From an uncultured bacterium (GTDB lineage: Bacteria; Krumholzibacteriota; Krumholzibacteriia; Krumholzibacteriales; Krumholzibacteriaceae): a stretch of 63,008 nt of DNA. The notes under the pieces are model-generated. The model searched no databases. It worked only from the letters and a program-made list of their open reading frames with translations, and had not been told where the DNA came from. Below, one piece after another: positions 1-8,422 of this stretch. Where the stretch lies: the NCBI GenBank assembly GCA_965371515.1, contig CBDUYR010000012.1:1-63008 (forward strand), written 5' to 3'. How positions within the stretch are numbered: the first letter of the stretch is position 1; each line of letters starts with the position of its first letter. The position numbers and the translations under genes are program-made.

Positions 1-328
1 CGAGAGCGACGAGGCGACCGAAGTCACCGCCGCCGAGCCCGGCGAAATCGTCAACATGGAAAAAGACATCTACCTGAGCCGTGTTGTCGATGCTCGTCCA
101 GCCCTGCCAGTCCATCGTCTCGAAATCGTACCAGACGATACAGTATGTATCAACAGCAGCTGCGGCCATGAGGGTCTGGAGACCTGAGTCGATGAGAGCA
201 GGATCCGTTTCTTCCGTTTCCATTCTCTGGAAACGGAGGCCATCGTTACGGACGTCCCTGGCTGATGCGAGAGATACCGAACACAGTACAAATACTGCGA
301 TCATAAGGGCGCACACGAATATCTTCAC
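1..328 (-). CDS. Secreted hypothetical protein, 5' part only (runs off the left edge)
   Basis: Not in the ORF track. The reverse strand reads AAGGAGGAGAAGCC-GTG, then MKIFVCALMIAVFVLCSVSLASA (signal peptide) RDVRNDG...WYDFETMDWQGWTSIDNTAQ..., open to position 1. Confidence 0.8.
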   Translation of the reverse strand, partial: MKIFVCALMIAVFVLCSVSLASARDVRNDGLRFQRMETEETDPALIDSGLQTLMAAAAVDTYCIVWYDFETMDWQGWTSIDNTAQVDVFFHVDDFAGLGGGDFGRLVAL

Positions 329-629
329 GGCTTCTCCTCCTTACCGGTCGGCAGGTTGTGAATTGAACAGTAAAAGAATTCTACTGTCTATCAGAGCAAA
401 GTCTACCATAGATACGCCTAAAATTCAATGAATAAGTGGTTTACGTTAGCTTAGAAGAACGAGTATTTGCGAGAGGCGCGCCTGTCCGCCATCAGACATC
501 AGCCTGCAGATTGTCGATTATCAGCAGTTAATGTAATAATTATGCCTGCAAAACGAGGGGCCTTCAAGCAGGGATAAAAAAGACTTGAAAAGAGTATGCG
601 TAATAATATATTCACTGTACTCATAGGGA

Positions 630-705
630 GCTGGTGTAGCTCAGCTGGTAGAGCAACGCACTCGTAATGCGTAGGTCATCGGTTCAACTCCGATCACCAG
701 CTCCA
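630..705 (+). tRNA. tRNA-Thr(CGT)
   Basis: GCTGGTG/CACCAGC acceptor stem, D arm AGCTCAGCTGGTAGAGC, anticodon arm ACGCA-CTCGTAA-TGCGT, T loop GGTTCAACTCC, encoded CCA. Confidence 0.97.
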
Positions 706-746
706 TTTTCCCTTTCTACATTCACATCTTCTTTGGAGGCTTCAGG

Positions 747-2696
747 ATGAAAAGACTGATCCCCGTCCTTCTGGTTCTCGTGTTGCTCGTTCCCGTGATC
801 GCTTCCGCCCAGGAAAAGGTCGAGAGACGGGAGGATGGCAATCTCGTCATCGAGGGCATCCCCGAGATCCCGCAGCAGGTGATCGACAGGATGTTCCAGT
901 ACCAGAACACGAGAGGAGCCGGCGTCAGGGGCTGGGCCGCTGATGGATCCGGTATATACATTGGAACTCGGTTCGGCGAGACCTCGCAGATACATTTCGT
1001 GAAGAAGCCGGGCGGCGCACGCAACCAGATCACGTTCTTCAACGAGCCTGTCGGCGGCGCCTCGGTCTGCCCCGACCGTTTGAAGAACGGATTCCTCTTC
1101 GGCAAGGATGTCGGCGGGGGAGAGTTCTACCAGATATTCTGGTTCCACGTGCCAACGGCCAGGTACACGATGCTCACAGACGGCAAGTCGCGTAACGGAG
1201 GCTTCAGCTGGTCGAACAAAGGCGACAGGTTCGTCTATTACACGACAAAGCGCAACGGCCGCGACTGGGATCTCTACGTATCTACTATCGAGAAGCCCGA
1301 GGAAGCAAAGCCGGTCCTCGAGGAAGGCGGCGTCTGGTTCCCGATGGACTGGTCCCCCGATGATTCGAAGTTGCTTGTCGGCCGTTACGTATCGGCAAAC
1401 GAGTCGTACGGGTATATCCTCGATATGGCCACCGGAGGGCTGGAGGAGATGAATCCTTCCGAGAAGAAGATCGCCTACGGCGGCTCGATCTGGTCTGCCG
1501 ACGGAAAGGGGATATTCTTCTCGTCCGACGAGGACACGGAGTTCCAGCACCTCAGGCACTACGATCTTAATAAGAAGAAGCAGAAGATCCTCACAGAGAA
1601 GATCCAGTGGGACGTTCAGGAGATATCGATCAGCCACGATCGCGGCACACTCGCTTTCACCACGAACGAGGATGGCATAACGAAGCTCTACATGATGGAC
1701 ACGAAGAAGATGAAGTACAAACCGGTCGAGGGCTTTCCCACTGGAAGCATCTACAGCCTTGCATTCAGTCCCGACGACAAAAAGCTCGCGTTGACGGTCA
1801 GCACCCCGAGCTCGACAGGCGACGTCTACCTCCTCGACATGGCCGACATGTTGATCGAGCGCTGGACGTACAGCGAGATCGGCGGGCTCGACAGCGATTC
1901 GTTCGCCAAGCCGAAGCTCTTCCACTACGAGACATTCGACAAGGTAGACGGGAAGCAGCGGGAGATCCCGGCATTCATATTCAGGCCGAAGGGCGAAGGA
2001 CCTCATCCCGTGCTGATCAGCATCCACGGTGGTCCAGAGGGACAGTTCACTCCCTACTTCTCGGCCGCTTATCAGTACATGATTAACGATCTGGGCATCG
2101 CAGTGATCGCTCCCAACGTCAGAGGCTCTTCGGGCTACGGCAAGAGCTATCTCAAGCTCGACAACTGGGAGAAGAGGGAAGACTCGGTATTTGACATCGG
2201 AGCCCTCCTGGACTGGATCGAAAAGCAGCCTGACCTCGACAAGTTGCGCATCTGCGTATACGGAGGCTCCTACGGCGGCTACATGGTCTACGCGGCAATG
2301 ATACATTACAACGATAGGCTCAAGTGCGGGATTGATATAGTCGGTATCAGCAATTTCGTAACCTTCCTCGAGAACACGAAGGAGTACCGCCGCGACCTCA
2401 GGAGGGTCGAGTACGGCGACGAGCGTATTCCCGAGATGAGAGAGCTTCTCGAGAAGATCTCACCGACGACAAATGCGCACAAGATCACCAAGCCGATGTT
2501 CATCGTCCAGGGCTTCAACGACCCGCGGGTGCCAGTCAGCGAGGCGGAGCAGATGCTCGCCGCCATCCGCAGCAACGGTGGCGAGGCGTGGTACCTGCTC
2601 GCGATGGACGAGGGCCACGGATTCAGGAAGAAGAGCAACCGCGACTACATGATGCAATCGATGATGATCTTCCTCGAGAAATACCTGCTCGAGTAG
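747..2696 (+). CDS. Secreted S9 family (prolyl oligopeptidase / acylaminoacyl-peptidase-like) serine peptidase
   Basis: Signal peptide, beta-propeller repeats (WSPD/WSAD/FSPD), IHGGPE, nucleophile GGSYGG, NDPRV (Asp), DEGHG (His); GGAGG RBS. Confidence 0.93.
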   Translation: MKRLIPVLLVLVLLVPVIASAQEKVERREDGNLVIEGIPEIPQQVIDRMFQYQNTRGAGVRGWAADGSGIYIGTRFGETSQIHFVKKPGGARNQITFFNEPVGGASVCPDRLKNGFLFGKDVGGGEFYQIFWFHVPTARYTMLTDGKSRNGGFSWSNKGDRFVYYTTKRNGRDWDLYVSTIEKPEEAKPVLEEGGVWFPMDWSPDDSKLLVGRYVSANESYGYILDMATGGLEEMNPSEKKIAYGGSIWSADGKGIFFSSDEDTEFQHLRHYDLNKKKQKILTEKIQWDVQEISISHDRGTLAFTTNEDGITKLYMMDTKKMKYKPVEGFPTGSIYSLAFSPDDKKLALTVSTPSSTGDVYLLDMADMLIERWTYSEIGGLDSDSFAKPKLFHYETFDKVDGKQREIPAFIFRPKGEGPHPVLISIHGGPEGQFTPYFSAAYQYMINDLGIAVIAPNVRGSSGYGKSYLKLDNWEKREDSVFDIGALLDWIEKQPDLDKLRICVYGGSYGGYMVYAAMIHYNDRLKCGIDIVGISNFVTFLENTKEYRRDLRRVEYGDERIPEMRELLEKISPTTNAHKITKPMFIVQGFNDPRVPVSEAEQMLAAIRSNGGEAWYLLAMDEGHGFRKKSNRDYMMQSMMIFLEKYLLE

Positions 2697-2732
2697 GGTC
2701 TCGTAAGGTATAGGCGGATAATGTGAACGAGT

Positions 2733-2756
2733 GGGCCGGCCCGGCGGGGCCGGTCC
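2733..2756 (+). terminator. GC-rich hairpin after the S9 peptidase
   Basis: GGGCCGGCCC-GGCG-GGGCCGGTCC inverted repeat with a weak U-tract. Confidence 0.45.
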
Positions 2757-2800
2757 TCTAAATTATTCTTAAAAAAAGCGGTTAAATGCTCAAAAATGTC

Positions 2801-2829
2801 TTGAAACTCATTTAACTATCTCTTATATT
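2801..2829 (+). promoter_or_regulatory. Sigma70-type promoter of the kor operon
   Basis: TTGAAA-17 nt-TATATT in an AT-rich intergenic region. Confidence 0.6.
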
Positions 2830-2914
2830 CTAATCCGCTTTGCGGAAATGTGGCCGCAGTAATAGCGTAATTCGTTGTATTGTAAGGTGATAGCCGGTAC
2901 CGGAGAGGTTGCAG

Positions 2915-3124
2915 ATGGCCGGGGAACAGTCGGCTTCAAAAAAGCCGGCGGTCATCACGGTGAACACCAAGTGGTGTAAGGGCTGCGAGATCTGCGTCGC
3001 GTTCTGTCCCAAGGACTGTCTTGAGATGGAAGGCGGCAAGTGCAGTGTAGCCCGGCCGGAAGACTGCATAAAGTGTATGCTCTGCGAGCTGCGCTGCCCG
3101 GATTTCGCGATCACGGTAGAATGA
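2915..3124 (+). CDS. korD: 2-oxoacid:ferredoxin oxidoreductase delta subunit (2x[4Fe-4S] ferredoxin)
   Basis: CKGCEICVAFCP and CIKCMLCELRCPDFAI; first gene before the alpha/beta/gamma subunits. Start ATG 2915 or TTG 2909. Confidence 0.88.
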   Translation: MAGEQSASKKPAVITVNTKWCKGCEICVAFCPKDCLEMEGGKCSVARPEDCIKCMLCELRCPDFAITVE

Positions 3125-3155
3125 GGACCTCTATTACGGGGGGCCTCGTTTTTTT
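3123..3155 (+). terminator. Intrinsic terminator-like hairpin between korD and korA
   Basis: GAGGACCTC-TATTACG-GGGGGCCTC followed by G and T7. Confidence 0.5.
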
Positions 3156-3215
3156 ATGTGCCGGCGAACCGAGCGGAGCGGCCGCGGCTCCGCATATACC
3201 AGGGGGAGAGGCGTC

Positions 3216-4361
3216 TTGAGCAATGACCGTTCCGGCAAGGTCAGGATGATGCAGGGTAATCAGGCCTGCGCCGAGGGAGCGATAGCAGCCGGCTGCCGTT
3301 TCTTCGCCGGTTATCCTATCACGCCCTCGTCGGAGATAGCAGAAAACCTCTCCGTGATGCTTCCGCGTCTCGGCGGGAAGTTCATCCAGATGGAGGACGA
3401 GATCGCCGCCATGGGCGCTATTATCGGGGCTGCCCTTACCGGCCAGAAAGTGTTGACGGCTACTTCCGGTCCCGGATTCAGCCTCAAGCAGGAAAACATA
3501 GGCTATGCCAGCATGGCCGAGGTACCTTGCGTCATCGTCAACGTGATGCGCGGTGGGCCGAGCACAGGCATGCCTACTCTCCCGGCGCAGATGGACGTGC
3601 AGCAGGCCAGGTGGGGTGCCCACGGCGACCGCGAGGTAATCGCCCTGACGGCCAAGTCGGCACAGGAGACATACGAACAGACGATACGCGCGTTTAACCT
3701 TGCAGAGAGATACATGACTCCGGTGATACTGCTTATCGATGAGATCACCGGTCACACCACCGAGAAGGTCATAGTCCCCGACGCATCAGATATTGAGATC
3801 GTAAACAGGAAAAAGCCGGACGGAGATCCGGAGAACTACCTCCCGTACAAAATGAACGACGACTGCATTCCCATCCTCGCTCCTTTCGGAACGGGTTACA
3901 GGTATCATGTAACGGGTCTGTGCCACAATGAGACGGGGTTCCCCACGAACAATCCGAAGGAGATCGAGTGCCTGATCGAAAGGCTTTCGAGGAAGATAAC
4001 GTTGAATGTGGATGATATAATAAAGAACAATGAATTGATGCTCGATGACGCCGAGATCGGCGTCTTCGCATACGGCTCGGTTGCCAGGACAGCGCAGGCT
4101 GCCGTCCGCATATGCCGGGGGGAAGGGATAAAGGCGGGGCTCCTCGAGCCCACCGTGCTCTGGCCCTTCCCTGAGAAGGCCGTCTTCGAGATGGCGCAGA
4201 AGGTCAAGGCGATCGTCGTTCCGGAACTTAACATGGGGCAGATGGCGAGAGAGGTAATGCTTGCCGCGCGGTGCAGCGTGCCTGTGCACAAGCTCGGAAG
4301 GGTGGACGGTAATCCGATTCCGCCGCAACAGCTCGTGGAAAAGATCAGGGAGGTGGTCTAG
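3216..4361 (+). CDS. korA: 2-oxoacid (2-oxoglutarate-type):ferredoxin oxidoreductase alpha subunit
   Basis: GNQACAEGA, FFAGYPITPSSE, QMEDE, TATSGPGFSL, RGGPSTG. TTG 3216 is preferred as start because it follows a GGGGAGAGG RBS. Confidence 0.92.
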   Translation: MSNDRSGKVRMMQGNQACAEGAIAAGCRFFAGYPITPSSEIAENLSVMLPRLGGKFIQMEDEIAAMGAIIGAALTGQKVLTATSGPGFSLKQENIGYASMAEVPCVIVNVMRGGPSTGMPTLPAQMDVQQARWGAHGDREVIALTAKSAQETYEQTIRAFNLAERYMTPVILLIDEITGHTTEKVIVPDASDIEIVNRKKPDGDPENYLPYKMNDDCIPILAPFGTGYRYHVTGLCHNETGFPTNNPKEIECLIERLSRKITLNVDDIIKNNELMLDDAEIGVFAYGSVARTAQAAVRICRGEGIKAGLLEPTVLWPFPEKAVFEMAQKVKAIVVPELNMGQMAREVMLAARCSVPVHKLGRVDGNPIPPQQLVEKIREVV

Positions 4362-5177
4362 ATGTTCGATTACCTCCACTATGTAAGAGAGTGGAACTTT
4401 CCACATATCTGGTGCGCCGGATGCGGGCATGGAATCGTCCTCAAGTCGCTCCTGCGCACGATCGACAAGCTGGCTATCTCACAGGACGAAACCGTCATGG
4501 TATCGGGTATCGGCTGCTCGAGCCGCACGCCCGGATATGTCGACATCAACACCCTGCACACTACGCACGGGCGTGCGCTTACGTTTGCTACCGGCGTAAA
4601 GGTCGCCAACCCCGACCTCAAGGTGATAGTTATCACCGGCGACGGTGACGCGACGGCGATAGGAGGCAACCACTTTATCCACGCCGCGAGACGCAATATC
4701 GACCTTACCGTGCTTCTCTATAACAACTACATATACGGGATGACCGGCGGGCAGTGTTCGCCGACGACTCCGAGGGGAGCCAAGGCTTCAACGGCGCAGC
4801 ACGGCAACCTCGAACCGACATTCAATATCAGCGGCCTGGCAAAAGCGGCAGGTGCCACCTTCGTAGCAAGGGGCGACGTTTATCATGTCAGAAAGCTCGA
4901 TGGTCTGATCGAAAAGGCCATGCAGAAGACCGGCTTTTCCCTCGTCGAGGTCGTCTCTCCCTGCCCGACCGCTTTCGGGCGCCGGAACAAGATGGCGAGC
5001 CCCGTCAAGCTGATGGAGCAGCTGCGGGACAATGTCGTGTCAGTCGAGAAGTGGGCGACGATGACCGACGAGGAGCGCAAGGGCCATTTCAGGACGGGAG
5101 TCCTCCAGGATATTGAGAAGCCGGAATTCACCGCGGAGTACGCGAAGCTCATCGAACGCCTGAAGGCGGAGGAATAA
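4362..5177 (+). CDS. korB: 2-oxoacid:ferredoxin oxidoreductase beta subunit (TPP-binding)
   Basis: WCAGCGHG, SGIGCSSR, HTTHGRA, TPP motif GDGD...NN, YGMTGGQ. Confidence 0.93.
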   Translation: MFDYLHYVREWNFPHIWCAGCGHGIVLKSLLRTIDKLAISQDETVMVSGIGCSSRTPGYVDINTLHTTHGRALTFATGVKVANPDLKVIVITGDGDATAIGGNHFIHAARRNIDLTVLLYNNYIYGMTGGQCSPTTPRGAKASTAQHGNLEPTFNISGLAKAAGATFVARGDVYHVRKLDGLIEKAMQKTGFSLVEVVSPCPTAFGRRNKMASPVKLMEQLRDNVVSVEKWATMTDEERKGHFRTGVLQDIEKPEFTAEYAKLIERLKAEE

Positions 5178-5725
5178 TGGACAGATATGACGTAAGGCTC
5201 AGCGGTTCGGGAGGCCAGGGACTGATCCTCGCCGGGAAGATCCTCGCCGAGGCGGCAGCGATATACGACGGGCGGAACGCCGTCCAGACACAGAGCTACG
5301 GCCCCGAGGCGAGGGGAGGGGCGAGCAAGGCCGAGGTAGTCATAAAGGACGGGGAGATCGATTATCCCAAGGCGATGGATCTCGACCTGCTCCTGTCGCT
5401 GACTCAGGAATCATGCACGAAGTTCAGCGGTGACCTGAAGGATGACGGCATATTGATCGTTGACAGCGATATGGTAAAGGAGCCCCCGAAAGGGAGCTAC
5501 AAACTCTACTCGGCGCCGATTACCGCTATCGCCGCGAAGAAGATCGGCAAGGTGGTCGTTACCAATATCGTCGCGCTCGGCATCCTCTCGAGGATAGCGG
5601 GAGTGGTTACCGAGGAGTCGATGAGGAAGGCCATTCTCGCGAGAGTTCCGAAGGGGACCGAAGAGGTCAACATGAGAGCGTTCGACGAGGGGTGGAAGGT
5701 GGGAGAGGAAATGCTTGCAGGATAG
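5177..5725 (+). CDS. korC: 2-oxoacid:ferredoxin oxidoreductase gamma subunit
   Basis: SGSGGQGLILAG, QSYGPEARGGAS; overlaps the korB stop (TAATG). Confidence 0.92.
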   Translation: MDRYDVRLSGSGGQGLILAGKILAEAAAIYDGRNAVQTQSYGPEARGGASKAEVVIKDGEIDYPKAMDLDLLLSLTQESCTKFSGDLKDDGILIVDSDMVKEPPKGSYKLYSAPITAIAAKKIGKVVVTNIVALGILSRIAGVVTEESMRKAILARVPKGTEEVNMRAFDEGWKVGEEMLAG

Positions 5726-5797
5726 ACATAAACCGCTAGGTCAGGTGCGCCGAGCGCGCACTTAATTACACGGGGTAAGCCCGGGGAGGTCGGTCCG

Positions 5798-7141
5798 ATG
5801 TCAGAGAAGATGACGAAGGAAGAGCTGCTCGCAAAGTCCAAGCAGCCAGGTATCGACGCGATGAAGCTTCATCCCTTCTACAAGGGAAAGATCGGCGTCA
5901 TGCCGAAGTGCTGCATCAGGAACATCGATGATTTCGCGATATGGTACACGCCCGGCGTGGCCAAACCGTGTCTGGACATCGCCGAGAATCCCGAGATGGT
6001 CTTCGAGCATACGAACAAGGCGAACTCTATCGCCGTCGTCTCTGACGGAACCCGCGTCCTCGGTCTCGGTGATATCGGGCCCGAGGCGGCCATGCCGGTA
6101 ATGGAGGGCAAGGCGCTCATCTTCAAGTATCTTGGCGGTGTCGACGCCGTTCCGATCTGCCTCGATACGAAAGACCCCGACAAGTTCATCGAGATGGTCA
6201 AGCTGCTGCAGCCGTCTTTCGGCGGATTCAACCTCGAGGACATATCGCAGCCCAAGTGCTTCCGCGTTCTCGAAACGTTGAGGAAAGAATGCCATGTGCC
6301 TGTATGGCACGATGACCAGCAGGGCACAGCCGCCGTTACGGTAGCCGGCCTTATTAACGCGGTCAAGATCGTCGGAAAGAAGCTCGGCGAGGTAAAGATC
6401 GCGATGCTCGGAGCCGGAGCGGCGAACATCTGCATCGCCAAGATGATTATTCTCGCAGGCGTAGAGCCCAGGAACATCGTTATGATGGACAGCAAGGGTA
6501 TCCTCCACGAGAGCCGCGAGAAGGATCTCAAGGAAACGTATAAAGAAAAGTGGGAGATGGTTCAGATCACGAACGGCGAGGGCCTGTCAGGTGGACCCGA
6601 GCTCGCCATCAAGGGCGCCGACGTTCTTATCGCTCTTTCCAAGGTCGGCCCCGACACGGTAAAGAAGGAATGGATCGCGTCGATGGCCGATGACTCGATC
6701 GTATTCGTATGCGCCAACCCGATCCCCGAGATCTATCCCTGGGAGGCGAAGGAAGCCGGAGCGAGGATCGTCGCCACAGGCCGCAGCGATTTTCCGAACC
6801 AGGTCAACAACTCGCTCGGATTCCCCGGAATCTTCCGCGGCACCCTCGACGTTATGGCCAAGACTATCACCGACGAGATGTGTGTCGCCGCCGCAGTCGA
6901 GCTCGCGAAGACTGCAGAGGACAACGGGATGCACGAAGATTACCTCGTTCCGACTATGGACGAATGGGCGGTCTTCCCGCGCGAGGCCGCCGCTGTCGGG
7001 CGCAAGGCTATCGAGCAGGGCGTCGCGAGGCTCGACTTTTCGTACGACGAGTTGTACAAGATGGCCGAGGAGAAGATCAGGGCTGCCAGGGCCGCCTTCG
7101 ATTCGCTCCAGGACAACGGTTTCATCAAAATGCCCGAGTAG
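5798..7141 (+). CDS. NAD(P)-dependent malic enzyme (small prokaryotic type)
   Basis: YTPGVA, DGTRVLGLGDIGP, VMEGKA, NLEDI, HDDQQGTA, GAGAA, TGRSDFPNQVNN. Confidence 0.95.
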   Translation: MSEKMTKEELLAKSKQPGIDAMKLHPFYKGKIGVMPKCCIRNIDDFAIWYTPGVAKPCLDIAENPEMVFEHTNKANSIAVVSDGTRVLGLGDIGPEAAMPVMEGKALIFKYLGGVDAVPICLDTKDPDKFIEMVKLLQPSFGGFNLEDISQPKCFRVLETLRKECHVPVWHDDQQGTAAVTVAGLINAVKIVGKKLGEVKIAMLGAGAANICIAKMIILAGVEPRNIVMMDSKGILHESREKDLKETYKEKWEMVQITNGEGLSGGPELAIKGADVLIALSKVGPDTVKKEWIASMADDSIVFVCANPIPEIYPWEAKEAGARIVATGRSDFPNQVNNSLGFPGIFRGTLDVMAKTITDEMCVAAAVELAKTAEDNGMHEDYLVPTMDEWAVFPREAAAVGRKAIEQGVARLDFSYDELYKMAEEKIRAARAAFDSLQDNGFIKMPE

Positions 7142-7245
7142 AGAGAAGGCATCTGGAAAAGCATTGAATGACCCAGGCGAATAAACGGAATGGAGGCTGT
7201 CTGGCCAAATGGTCTGGCGGCCTCCATTACAAGAAGGAGGAGAGA

Positions 7246-8358
7246 ATGTACAAGATCGCGTGGCTGCCCGGCGACGGTGTCGGGAACGAGGTCATGGAAG
7301 CAGCCAAGATCGTTCTCGATGTGCTGAAGCTCGATGCCGAGTACATCCCGGGTGACATCGGCTGGGAGTTTTGGAAAAACGAGGGGAATCCCCTTCCCGA
7401 CAGGACTATCGAGCTCTGCCAGAACACAGACTGCGCTCTTTTCGGCGCGATCACATCGAAGCCTCGCGACGAGGCGGCCGAGGCGCTCGCACCGGAGCTG
7501 CGCGATAAAGGGTTTGCATACTCGAGCCCTATCGTGGCGCTGAGGCAGCGGTTTGACCTCCACACGAACCTCAGGCCGTGCAAGGCTTTCCCCGGCAACC
7601 CGCTGAACTTCAAGGAGGGGATAGACCTCGTCGTATTCAGGGAGAACACCGAGGGCCTCTATGCAGGCGTCGAGTTTAATCCCGTTTCAGCCGAGATGAA
7701 GAAGTTCATCGACAGCAAGCACAAGAAGTTTCACAGGTTCGTCGACGTTCCTGACGAGGAACTCGCGATAAGCATGAGGATCTTCACGAAGAAGGGCTGC
7801 GAGAGGATAGTCCGCGCTGCCTTCGAGTACGCGAAGAAGACCGGCAGGCCATCGGTGACAGTCGTCGAGAAGCCGAACGTTATAAGGGAGACGAGCGGCA
7901 TGATGATCCGTGTCGCCCGGGAGGTCGCGAAGGACTTTCCAGGTATTGAACTGTGGGAGACGAACATCGACGCGATGTGCATGTGGCTCGTGAAGAATCC
8001 CGGGGACTACAGCGTGCTGGTCGCCTCGAACATGTTCGGCGATATAATCTCCGACCTCGCCGCCCAGCTCGTCGGCGGTCTCGGATTCGCCTCCTCGGCC
8101 AACATCGGCGATAACTACGCCGTCTTCGAGCCGACTCATGGAAGCGCGCCGAAGTACTTCGGACAGTACAAGGTCAATCCGATGGCGATGCTCCTGACCA
8201 CTCGCCTCATGCTCGAATGGCTCGGCGAGACAGACATGGCCGTAAAGCTCGATAAGAGCGTGTCGAAGACTATCGCGGACGAGAAAATCCGCACATACGA
8301 CATGGGTGGCTCGAACACCACGCTCGAGATCGCCGAGGAAGTCGTAAGAAACCTGTAA
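7246..8358 (+). CDS. Beta-decarboxylating dehydrogenase (isocitrate/homoisocitrate/isopropylmalate family), homoisocitrate-DH-like
   Basis: LPGDGVG, RENTEGLY, NMFGDIISD, FEPTHGSAP. YSSPIVALR resembles fungal Lys12. ATG 7246 follows AAGGAGG. Confidence 0.88.
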   Translation: MYKIAWLPGDGVGNEVMEAAKIVLDVLKLDAEYIPGDIGWEFWKNEGNPLPDRTIELCQNTDCALFGAITSKPRDEAAEALAPELRDKGFAYSSPIVALRQRFDLHTNLRPCKAFPGNPLNFKEGIDLVVFRENTEGLYAGVEFNPVSAEMKKFIDSKHKKFHRFVDVPDEELAISMRIFTKKGCERIVRAAFEYAKKTGRPSVTVVEKPNVIRETSGMMIRVAREVAKDFPGIELWETNIDAMCMWLVKNPGDYSVLVASNMFGDIISDLAAQLVGGLGFASSANIGDNYAVFEPTHGSAPKYFGQYKVNPMAMLLTTRLMLEWLGETDMAVKLDKSVSKTIADEKIRTYDMGGSNTTLEIAEEVVRNL

Positions 8359-8422
8359 GGCTCTGGGAACGGGGCCGGTCCGCCTGGCGGGCCGGCCCCT
8401 GTTCCTTCTCCGGGGGTATCAT

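Noticed and set aside
684..2306. Long antisense ORFs (684-2306, 12242-14170, 15193-17427, 23776-26673, 39073-40365, 46313-47530, 50510-51775 and others)
   Set aside because: They lie opposite well-supported genes and show no recognisable motifs. This is the expected shadow of strong codon bias.
3122..3155. korD TGA plus hairpin as a selenocysteine codon with SECIS
   Set aside because: The ferredoxin ends at its normal C-terminus (FAITVE), read-through gives a short nonsense peptide, and the T-tract fits a terminator.
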